DNA of 24,977 nucleotides from a virus (Duplodnaviria; Heunggongvirae; Uroviricota; Caudoviricetes): IMG/VR virus record IMGVR_UViG_2778261231_000008; one strand, 5' to 3'. Shown piece by piece: positions 17,143 to 24,977 of this stretch (position 1 is its first letter; each line of letters starts with the position of its first letter). The notes under the pieces were generated by a model. It saw only the letters and a program-made list of their open reading frames with translations, ran no database searches and was not told where the DNA came from. The position numbers and the translations under genes were made by a program.

Positions 17143-19884
17143 ATGAGTGATAACAACCTGCGCCTGCAGGTGGTACTGAATGCGGTTGATAAACTCACCC
17201 GCCCATTCCGAAATGCGCAGGCCAGCACGAAAGAGCTGGCTGCCGCCGCGCAACAAAGCAAAACCCGGCTGAAAGAGCTGGATGCCCAGGCCGGGCGAAT
17301 TGACGGCTTCCGCAAGGCCAGCTCACAGCTGGCAGTCACCGGAGCTAACCTCAAGGCCGCCCGCGAAGAAGCCGCAAAACTCGCCACACAGTTTGCTGCC
17401 ACCAATCGGCCTACCGCCCAACAAGCCCGACTGCTGGAACAGGCCAAAACCCGTGTTAATGAGCTACAGACCAAATACAACGGGCTGCGTCAGTCCGTGC
17501 AGCGCCAGCGCCAGGCGCTCAAAGATTCCGGCATTGATACGAAAAAACTGAGCGGTGCGCAGCGGGAACTGCGGCAGAACGCAGACGAAACCCGGCAGGC
17601 TCTGGACAGACAACAGAAATCACTGAAACGCCTGGGTGAGCAACAGGCACGCATGAACGCGGCACGGGCGGAGTATTCCCGCCGTCTGGAAGTGCGTGAT
17701 CGTGTTGCCGGGGCCGGGGCGACCACCACCGCTGCCGGGCTGGCAATGGGTGCGCCGGTAATGGCGGCGGTTAAAAGCTACGCCAGCATGGAAGATGCCA
17801 TGAAGGGGGTGGCTAAACAGGTCAACGGCCTGCGCGATGACAACGGCAACCGCACCGCCCGTTTTTATGAAATGCAGGACGCCATCAAGGCCGCCAGTGA
17901 ACAGCTGCCGATGGCAAATGGCGCGGTGGATTTTGCCGCCCTGGTTGAGGGTGGCGCGCGCATGAACGTGGCAAACCCGAATGACTCCTGGGCTGACCAG
18001 AAGCGTGACCTGCTGGCCTTTGCCGCCACGGCGGCGAAAGCTTCCACGGCGTTTGAACTTCCTGCGGATGAGCTTTCCGAAAGCCTGGGGAAAATAGCCC
18101 AGCTCTACAAAGTCCCGACCCGCAACATTGAGCAACTGGGCGATGCGCTGAACTACCTGGACGATAACGCCATGTCAAAAGGCGGGGACATTATCGACGT
18201 CCTGCAGCGCATGGGTGGGGTAGCAGACCGTCTGGATTATCGCAAAGCTGCGGCGCTTGGCTCCACGTTCCTGTCTCTCGGGGCCGCCCCGGAAGTGGCA
18301 GCCAGTGCGGCAAATGCCATGGTGCGGGAGCTTTCCATTGCCACCATGCAGAGCAAAAGCTTCTTTGCAGGCATGGACCTGCTGAAACTGAACCCCGCGC
18401 AGATTGAAAAAGAGATGACCCGGGATGCAATGGGCACCATTCAGCGCGTGCTGGAGAAGGTCAACAACCTGCCGAAAGATAAGCGCCTGGGCGCAATGAC
18501 GCTGGTTTTTGGCAAGGAATTTGGTGATGACGCGGCGAAGCTCGCAAACAACCTGCCGGAGCTGCAGCGCCAGCTCAAACTCACGTCCGGCGGTGATGCC
18601 AGTGGCTCCATGCAGAAAGAGTCTGACATTAACAAAGACTCCCTGTCCTCGCAGTGGTTGCTGGTTAAGACCGGAGCACAGAACACGTTCAGCAGCCTGG
18701 GTGAAACGCTGCGTGAGCCGTTAATGGCGATCATGAGCTCGGTGAAGCAAGTAACTGGTTCTTTCCGTCGCTGGATTGAGGAAAACCCGAAGCTGGCAGG
18801 AGGGCTGCTGAAAGTCGTGGCGGCCCTGGCCTCTGTGGCGGTGGTGCTGGGCACCGTGATGCTGGCGGTGTCCGCCGTGCTTGGCCCGCTGGCGCTGATG
18901 CGCCTGCAGTTTTCTATCCTGGGCATCAAGGGAGGCAATGCGTTTGGTCTGATCACTAAAGCTATCGGCGGTATCGGCAAGGGGATTATGTGGCTGGGGC
19001 GTCTTATGTTCGCAAACCCTATCCTGGCGGTGATTGGCCTGATTGCGATGGGGGCCATTCTCATCTGGCAGAACTGGGACACGCTGGGGCCGAAGTTTAA
19101 AGCCATGTGGGATGCGGTCTGCAACGCCACTTCTGCTGCAGGGGAATGGATAAACCAGGCTTTCAGTAACACATGGCGTGCCGTCAAGGCCGGGGTGTCG
19201 GAGGCGTGGGCCACCGTCCGGCAGATCATCAGTGATAAATGGACTGCCATCCTGGCAGATGTTGCCGCGCTCCCGGCAAAATTCCAGGACATGGGCAGCG
19301 CCATCATTGACAGCATTCTGAACGGTATCAATGCCAAATGGGAGACGCTGAAAAGCAGGCTGTCCTCCGTCACGGATTACTTGCCTGAATGGATGACAGG
19401 CAATGATAAAGCGTTGGGCAAAACACAGGTGCAGGTTGTGGGCGGCGCTGCAGCTGCCGGGGTTCCCTTTGCCGGAATGTATGACAGCGGCGGTGATATT
19501 CCTCGCGGTCAGTTTGGCATTGTTGGAGAGAATGGCCCGGAAATCGTCAACGGTCCGGCGAATGTGACCAGCCGCAGGCGCACTGCCGCGCTGGCTTCCG
19601 TTGTTGCCGGGATGATGGGCACGGCTGCTGTGCCTGCAGAGGCGGTGCCACTTCACCCGATGAGCCTGCCCGCCGCTACGTATCGGGCACCGTCGGAAAA
19701 ACCTGCCAGCCAGCCATCGGTTGTGCGCTATGAAATCAACGCACCAATCCATATCGTCGCCCAGCCAGGTCAAAATGCGCAGGACATTGCCCGCGAAGTG
19801 GCAAGACAGCTTGATGAGCGTGAGCGCCGGGCCAGAGCGAAAGCCCGCAGTAATTTTAGTGATCAGGGGGGATACGATTCATGA
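17143..19884 (+). CDS. T: Tail tape measure protein T
   Basis: 913 aa, coiled-coil-rich N-terminus, hydrophobic central segments; position between E/E' and U. Confidence 0.85.
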   Translation: MSDNNLRLQVVLNAVDKLTRPFRNAQASTKELAAAAQQSKTRLKELDAQAGRIDGFRKASSQLAVTGANLKAAREEAAKLATQFAATNRPTAQQARLLEQAKTRVNELQTKYNGLRQSVQRQRQALKDSGIDTKKLSGAQRELRQNADETRQALDRQQKSLKRLGEQQARMNAARAEYSRRLEVRDRVAGAGATTTAAGLAMGAPVMAAVKSYASMEDAMKGVAKQVNGLRDDNGNRTARFYEMQDAIKAASEQLPMANGAVDFAALVEGGARMNVANPNDSWADQKRDLLAFAATAAKASTAFELPADELSESLGKIAQLYKVPTRNIEQLGDALNYLDDNAMSKGGDIIDVLQRMGGVADRLDYRKAAALGSTFLSLGAAPEVAASAANAMVRELSIATMQSKSFFAGMDLLKLNPAQIEKEMTRDAMGTIQRVLEKVNNLPKDKRLGAMTLVFGKEFGDDAAKLANNLPELQRQLKLTSGGDASGSMQKESDINKDSLSSQWLLVKTGAQNTFSSLGETLREPLMAIMSSVKQVTGSFRRWIEENPKLAGGLLKVVAALASVAVVLGTVMLAVSAVLGPLALMRLQFSILGIKGGNAFGLITKAIGGIGKGIMWLGRLMFANPILAVIGLIAMGAILIWQNWDTLGPKFKAMWDAVCNATSAAGEWINQAFSNTWRAVKAGVSEAWATVRQIISDKWTAILADVAALPAKFQDMGSAIIDSILNGINAKWETLKSRLSSVTDYLPEWMTGNDKALGKTQVQVVGGAAAAGVPFAGMYDSGGDIPRGQFGIVGENGPEIVNGPANVTSRRRTAALASVVAGMMGTAAVPAEAVPLHPMSLPAATYRAPSEKPASQPSVVRYEINAPIHIVAQPGQNAQDIAREVARQLDERERRARAKARSNFSDQGGYDS

Positions 19885-20366
19885 TGATGGTGCTGGGTTT
19901 ATACGTGTTTCAGCTGCGCACGGTGCCGTATCAGGAGCTGCAGTATCAGCGCAGCTGGCGACACGCGACCAACAGTCGGGTGAGCCGCCGTCCGTCCACG
20001 CAATTTCTTGGCCCGGATAATGATTCTCTGACGCTTTCCGGTGTGCTGCTGCCTGAAATTACTGGCGGCAGGTTGTCACTTCTGGCGCTGGAACAGATGG
20101 CGGAGCTGGGCAAGTCGTGGCCTCTGATTGAGGGCAGCGGCACCATTTACGGCATGTTTGTGATTGAGAGTCTGAGCCAGACCAAAACGGAGTTTTTTGC
20201 CGGAGGGGAGGCCAGGCGGATTGAGTTTACGCTGACGCTCAAACGGGCGGATGAGTCCCTGTCTGATATGTTCGGCAGCCTCAGCGACCAGCTGAGCAAC
20301 CTGCAGGACTCCGCTGCTGGCGCGATTGGTAACATCACAAACACGGTGGGAGGGCTGCTGCAATGA
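19881..20366 (+). CDS. U: Tail protein U
   Basis: 161 aa; MMMVLGLYVFQLRT...LPEITGGRLS...GMFVIES matches P2 gpU. Confidence 0.85.
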   Translation: MMMVLGLYVFQLRTVPYQELQYQRSWRHATNSRVSRRPSTQFLGPDNDSLTLSGVLLPEITGGRLSLLALEQMAELGKSWPLIEGSGTIYGMFVIESLSQTKTEFFAGGEARRIEFTLTLKRADESLSDMFGSLSDQLSNLQDSAAGAIGNITNTVGGLLQ

Positions 20367-21460
20367 ATGTCAGTTCTGACCTTCTCGACCTCAACAGCAA
20401 AACGCCCGCGTTCAGTATCGTGATTGAAGGTAAGAACGTGACGGAGGTGCTGGACAAGCGCCTGATGAGCCTGACCCTGACGGACAACCGGGGCTTTGAA
20501 GCGGACCAGCTCGATCTGGAACTGGATGATGCAGACGGACAGATTGCGCTGCCCCGACGTGGGGCAGTCATCACCCTGGCGCTGGGCTGGAAAGGGCAGC
20601 CCCTTTTTCCAAAGGGCAGTTTCACGGTGGACGAAATTGAACATACAGGCGCGCCGGACAGGCTGACCATCCGCGCCCGCAGCGCCGACTTTAGGGAAAC
20701 CCTGAACACACGCCGGGAGAAATCCTGGCACCAGACAACCGTGGGTGACGTGGTGAAAGACATTGCCGCCCGCCACAATCTGACAATGGCGCTGGGCAAA
20801 GACCTGACCAGCAAACCGCTGGATCACCTGGACCAGACCAACGAAAGTGATGCGAGTTTTCTGATGAAACTGGCCCGGCAGTATGGTGCCATCGCGTCCG
20901 TCAAAGACGGGCATCTGCTGTTTATCCGCCAGGGGCAGGGCAGAACTGCCAGCGGAAAGCCGCTGCCGGTAATCACCCTCACCCGCAGCGCCGGAGACAG
21001 CCACCGTTTTAACCTGGCAGACCGGGGAGCTTATACAGGTGTGATTGCCAGCTGGTTACACACGCGGGAACCTGCGAAGAAAGAAACCACTGGCGTTAAG
21101 CGTCGGAAGAAAACCACGACAACAAAAGAGCCAGAAGCAAAGCAGGGGGATTATCTGGTCGGAACGGATGATAACGTGCTGGTCCTGAACCGGACCTATG
21201 CCAACCGGGCCAATGCTGAACGGGCCGCGAAAATGCAGTGGGAACGCCTGCAGCGTGGTGTGGCTTCCTTCTCGCTGCAGCTGGCAGAAGGGCGGGCTGA
21301 TCTCTACACGGAAATGCCCGTGAAGGTCAGCGGCTTCAAACAGCCGATTGATGAAGCAGAATGGACGATCACCACGTTGACGCACAACGTCAGCGCTGAC
21401 AGTGGTTTTACGACCAGCATTGAGTTTGAGGTGAAAATAGACGATCTCGAAATGGAATGA
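20363..21460 (+). CDS. D: Tail protein D (late control gene D family)
   Basis: 365 aa; start overlaps the U stop; position and similarity to P2 gpD. Confidence 0.85.
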   Translation: MNVSSDLLDLNSKTPAFSIVIEGKNVTEVLDKRLMSLTLTDNRGFEADQLDLELDDADGQIALPRRGAVITLALGWKGQPLFPKGSFTVDEIEHTGAPDRLTIRARSADFRETLNTRREKSWHQTTVGDVVKDIAARHNLTMALGKDLTSKPLDHLDQTNESDASFLMKLARQYGAIASVKDGHLLFIRQGQGRTASGKPLPVITLTRSAGDSHRFNLADRGAYTGVIASWLHTREPAKKETTGVKRRKKTTTTKEPEAKQGDYLVGTDDNVLVLNRTYANRANAERAAKMQWERLQRGVASFSLQLAEGRADLYTEMPVKVSGFKQPIDEAEWTITTLTHNVSADSGFTTSIEFEVKIDDLEME

Positions 21461-21470
21461 TTAGTTCCAA

Positions 21471-21502
21471 ATTGCGAACAATGATGTATCATTATTGCGA
21501 AC
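21471..21502. promoter_or_regulatory. Direct repeat ATTGCGAAC (x2) flanking the palindrome AATGAT-GT-ATCATT, upstream of ogr
   Basis: Seen directly in the D-ogr intergenic region; operator-like architecture of unknown function. Confidence 0.3.
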
Positions 21503-21527
21503 TGGTTAATAATGAGGGCTGACGAAA

Positions 21528-21743
21528 ATGATGAATTGTCCTATGTGCGGACAGGCTGCACATACCCGAAGTAGCTTCCAGGTTTCCAACGAAACCAAAG
21601 AGCGTTACAACCAGTGCACTAACATCGAGTGCGGGCATACGTTCGTGACGCATGAAACTTTTGTGCGCTCTGTGTGCCGTCCGCAAAAAATTAGCGCCGC
21701 ACCACCTCATCCCAAAGGTATGCAGGAACAATTTGCTTACTGA
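21528..21743 (+). CDS. ogr: Ogr/Delta-family zinc-finger late transcription activator
   Basis: 71 aa; CPMCGQAAH...CTNIECGHTF four-Cys pattern and strong similarity to P2 Ogr. Confidence 0.88.
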   Translation: MMNCPMCGQAAHTRSSFQVSNETKERYNQCTNIECGHTFVTHETFVRSVCRPQKISAAPPHPKGMQEQFAY

Positions 21744-21748
21744 ATCTG

Positions 21749-21770
21749 ACCCGCCGATGGCGGGTTTTTT
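21749..21770 (+). terminator. Rho-independent terminator downstream of ogr
   Basis: Stem CCCGCC / GGCGGG with a 3-nt loop followed by TTTTTT. Confidence 0.75.
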
Positions 21771-21900
21771 ATGGCTGATGACCAATAAGGAATGTGGAGG
21801 AATGAGTGCTGATTTGTTAGCTGTAAACCATTTCAGATAACCTAAACATGCTACTTTTTCAAACATCTGTAACACCGAGATGCGCAAGAATGGAGAGGTT

Positions 21901-22122
21901 ATGAGTTCTGGAAAATATTGGATCAGCAATAACTACATTTACGGGCCGAAGGAGTCTGGTCGTTTCTGGATTTCAGGTGGCTACATCTATGGGCCAAGAA
22001 ATTCGGGGAAGTATTGGATAAGCGGAAACTACATCTACGGGCCCAAGCATGGCGGTAAGTTTTGGATTAGTGGTGGTTATATCTACGGCCCCTCTGGATT
22101 AGAACTGCCTTGGTTGTCGTAG
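21901..22122 (+). CDS. Small protein of four tandem ~20-aa repeats (G-K/R-Y/F-W-I-S-G-x-Y-I-Y-G-P), function unknown
   Basis: ATG at 21901 preceded by GGAGAGG; four ~60-nt repeat units whose differences are largely synonymous (for example atcagc / atttca / ataagc / attagt all encode Ile-Ser); the stop codon abuts the attR core. Confidence 0.6.
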   Translation: MSSGKYWISNNYIYGPKESGRFWISGGYIYGPRNSGKYWISGNYIYGPKHGGKFWISGGYIYGPSGLELPWLS

Positions 22123-22145
22123 CGCTGCCGCCATTTTGTCGCCAC
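22123..22145. repeat. attR core: cgctgccgccattttgtcgccac
   Basis: 22 of 23 identity with 19..41; marks the right phage-host junction. Confidence 0.7.
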
Positions 22146-22200
22146 CCAGTCAAAGAGAGTGCTATAAGTGGTTGATTAAGAAGGGTATGAATTTCAGGCA

Positions 22201-22245
22201 ACAAAAAACCCATCAACCTTGAACCGAAATGGCGGGGTTGATGGG
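22201..22245 (-). terminator. Stem-loop (CCCATCAACC / GGTTGATGGG) followed by a T-run on the minus strand; candidate terminator downstream of ybjL
   Basis: 10-bp inverted repeat with TTTTTTGT following on the minus strand; about 110 nt past the ybjL stop. Confidence 0.45.
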
Positions 22246-22357
22246 CTCCACAAAATGGGGACATCAAAGAAAAGCAGTGGCACTAATTAAGACTGATGCC
22301 CTGCGGAAAAGTTCTGCGGTTGTGCAAAAAAATTTCATTTTCAGGGCAACTTCAGTT

Positions 22358-24043
22358 TTATCCTAATCCTGGCCATACCATGACGATGATTGTCCCTGCC
22401 AGCGTCAGCAGGACGTTGGCGATTGCATAGGTGCCCGCATAGCCCAGCGCCGGGATGTTACTGCGAGCTGTATCACTGATGATCTCCATTGCCGGCGCGC
22501 AGGTACGTGCGCCCATCATTGCGCCGAACAACAGCGCGCGGTTCATTCGCAATACATAAGCACCGAACAAGAAACAGATAACCACGGGCACCAGACTGAC
22601 AATCAATCCGGCAATCAACATCTGACCGCCAATCGCGCCCAGGCCGTTATTAATACCGCTACCGGCGCTCAGACCAACGCCTGCCATAAACACCATCAAG
22701 CCGAACTCTTTCACCATGCTTAATGCACCCTGCGGAATGTAACCGAAGGTCGGGTGGTTAGCACGCATAAAGCCCAGCATAATTCCGGCGAATAACAACC
22801 CGGCAGCGTTCCCCATGCCGAAACTGAATGTGCTGAACTGGAAGGTGATCATCCCGATCATCAGCCCAATAACAAAGAAGGCGCAGAATGCCAGCAGGTC
22901 AGTGACCTGGCTGTGAATCGAGATAAAGCCGATGCGATCGGCGATGGTTTTTACGCGGCGGGCATCGCCGCTGACTTGTAAAACGTCACCTTTGTTAAGC
23001 ACGACGTTGTCATCTATCGGCATCTCAATCTGGCTACGAATGACGCGGTTAAGGAAGCAACCGTGATCGGTCAACTTCAGTTGTGCGAGACGTTTACCTA
23101 CAGCGTTATGGTTTTTAACGACCACTTCTTCAGTGACGATACGCATGTCGAGAAGGTCACGATCGAAAACTTCTTTACCGTTACGGAAGCTGGGATCGAG
23201 TCGGGCATGGGCGTCGGGATAGCCTACCAACGCTATTTCATCGCCCATTTGTAGCACGGCATCACCGTCTGGATTTGCCAGAATCCCGTTACGTCGAATA
23301 CGTTCAATGTAGCAGCCGGTTTGTCGATAAATACCCAGTTCACGCAGATTTTTGCCGTCGGTCCAGGCCACCAGTTCCGGGCCGACGCGATAGGCGCGGA
23401 TCACCGGTAAATAAACCTTACGGTTGGCATCAGTGTCCAGGCCACGTTCGCGGGCGATTTGCTGGGCGCTGGTCTGTAAGTCCTGATGCTGCAATTTCGG
23501 CAAGTAACGCGCACCAACAATCAAACTCACCAGACCGATTAAATAGGTTAAGGCATACCCGAGGCTCAGATTATCCAGTGCCAGTGAGAGCTGCCTGCTT
23601 TCCATGCCGGAATGACGCAGTGTATCGCCAGCACCGACCAGAACCGGTGTCGACGTCATAGAGCCTGCTAACATACCGGCCGTCAGGCCAATATCCCAGC
23701 CAAACAGCTTACCTAACCCTAAGGCGATCACCAGCGCACTGCCAACCATCACCAGTGCTAACATTAGGTAATTTTTCCCATCGCGAAAAAAAATGGAAAA
23801 AAAGTTCGGTCCGGCTTCGACCCCGACGCAGAAAATAAACAGCATAAAGCCAAGATTAAGCGCATCGGTGTTAATGCTGAAATGTTGTTGGCCTAATAAC
23901 AGCGATACGACTAAAACGCCAATGGAATTACCCAGTTGGATCGAACCAAGTCGTAACTTTCCGAGACATAGCCCAAGCGCGAGGACCACAAATAATAACA
24001 GAATGTAATTCCCATTTAACAATTCGGCGACGTTTATATTCAC
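22358..24043 (-). CDS. ybjL: YidE/YbjL-family putative transporter
   Basis: 561 aa, multi-pass membrane protein with a central soluble region; matches my recollection of E. coli YbjL and its neighbourhood (ybjM, grxA). Confidence 0.85.
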
Positions 24044-24312
24044 GGAGGCTAACTTCTTGTTTACTAGTAAGCTGTTGAAAGAAATGGTAATTTACGATAA
24101 TGTTTTTTACCAGAATTCAGGGCGCAGATTCATTCAGCGCACCTAAACGATAGTAAAGTAACAATATATTTTACTAGTGTAATCACATTAGGTATCAACG
24201 GCTATATGAATTGCGTTGGCCTATATTAGCATGGAATGCGAAGCGGCTTTATCTTACTGAACGCCACACTGGCGAAAAATGTGTTCGATAGACGCAGTGT
24301 CAGGAGGAACGA

Positions 24313-24690
24313 GTGAAACATAAACAACGTTGGGCGGGGGCAATCTGCTGTTTTGTCCTCTTCATTGTGGTGTGCCTTTTTCTGGCGACGCACATGAAAG
24401 GCGCTTTTCGGGCTGCCGGGCATCCTGAAATCGGCTTGCTATTTTTCATTCTTCCTGGAGCAGTCGCCAGCTTCTTTTCACAGCGTAGAGAAGTCCTGAA
24501 ACCTCTGTTTGGCGCAATGCTGGCGGCACCCTGTTCGATGCTCATTATGCGGCTGTTTTTTTCACCGACGCGCTCATTCTGGCAAGAGCTGGCATGGTTA
24601 TTAAGTGCGGTGTTCTGGTGTGCGCTGGGGGCACTGTGTTTCTTATTTATCAGTAGTTTGTTTAAACCACAGCACAGAAAAAATCAGTAA
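24313..24690 (+). CDS. ybjM: Inner membrane protein YbjM
   Basis: 125 aa, four hydrophobic segments; sits between ybjL and grxA as in E. coli. Confidence 0.75.
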   Translation: MKHKQRWAGAICCFVLFIVVCLFLATHMKGAFRAAGHPEIGLLFFILPGAVASFFSQRREVLKPLFGAMLAAPCSMLIMRLFFSPTRSFWQELAWLLSAVFWCALGALCFLFISSLFKPQHRKNQ

Positions 24691-24710
24691 AGCCCTCAAC
24701 GCGAGGGCTT
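24690..24710. terminator. Bidirectional terminator hairpin (AGCCCTC-AACGC-GAGGGCT) between convergent ybjM and grxA
   Basis: 7-bp GC-rich stem; a U-rich tract follows on the minus strand. Confidence 0.6.
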
Positions 24711-24719
24711 GTCAGACGA

Positions 24720-24977
24720 TCAGGCGTCCAGATTTTCTTTCACCCATGCAGCAAAATCGGTATAGCCGCCGATATGTTGCTGATCGACAAAAATCTGCGG
24801 CACGGTTTCTACGGGTTTACCTGCCTTTTGTTGTAGATCTTCTTTAGTGATCCCTTCCGCACGAATATCTACATAGTGATACTGAAAATCATCGTGTTCA
24901 TTGCTCAATTTCTCAGCCAGATCTTTTGCACGCACACAGTAAGGGCAACCCGGACGACCAAAAATAACGGTTTGCAT
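24720..24977 (-). CDS. grxA: Glutaredoxin 1
   Basis: 85 aa with the CPYC active site (MQTVIFGRPGCPYCVRAKDLAEKL...); start ATG is the last codon of the window. Confidence 0.92.
   Translation of the reverse strand: MQTVIFGRPGCPYCVRAKDLAEKLSNEHDDFQYHYVDIRAEGITKEDLQQKAGKPVETVPQIFVDQQHIGGYTDFAAWVKENLDA

Noticed and set aside
18441-19773. Long reverse-strand ORFs (310 and 350 aa) inside the tape-measure gene, and similar ones at 20147..21004, 16701..17480 and 14673..15510
   Set aside because: They lie antisense to well-supported GC-rich tail genes, have low-complexity Ala/Arg/Pro/Ser-rich translations and no ribosome-binding context; typical antisense artefacts of high-GC coding sequence.
22146-22357. 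Possible small gene or sRNA in the host spacer between attR and ybjL
   Set aside because: No ORF of meaningful length and no clear promoter/terminator pair beyond the hairpin at 22201..22245; insufficient evidence from sequence alone.
1-24977. CRISPR array, tRNA or rRNA genes, or insertion-sequence elements
   Set aside because: No regularly spaced direct repeats, no tRNA-like cloverleaf candidates at the att sites, and no transposase-like ORFs or terminal inverted repeats were seen; the only tandem repeat is the coding repeat at 21901..22122.

Overview
This window is almost entirely a defective P2/186-family prophage (about 19..22145), inserted next to the host genes ybjL, ybjM and grxA (22146..24977). 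The prophage is bounded by a 23-bp direct repeat (19..41 and 22123..22145, one mismatch) that I read as the att core. Gene order is that of a 186-type P2-like phage: int, cI-like repressor, apl/cox-like excisionase, cII, several small early ORFs, a TraR/DksA-like zinc finger, dam methylase, replication initiator A, a LexA-box-controlled small gene, then portal (fragment), S, V, W, J, I, H (fragment), E/E', T, U, D, ogr. Two internal deletions have removed the head/lysis module and the tail sheath/tube/fibre-assembly module, so the element cannot form particles. Three AT-rich cargo loci interrupt the phage backbone. The most interesting is a two-gene cassette (8402..11055) encoding a 673-aa protein with UvrD-type SF1 helicase motifs plus a translationally coupled 211-aa protein with no recognisable motifs; it sits in the accessory position between replication gene A and the portal gene and is my best candidate for an undescribed anti-phage system. 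The others are a 388-aa reverse-strand gene at the S-V junction with a C-terminal Rx4H motif, and a small gene abutting attR that encodes four tandem 20-aa repeats. All calls come from reading the sequence and recalled family knowledge; no database search, GC calculation or structure prediction was run.
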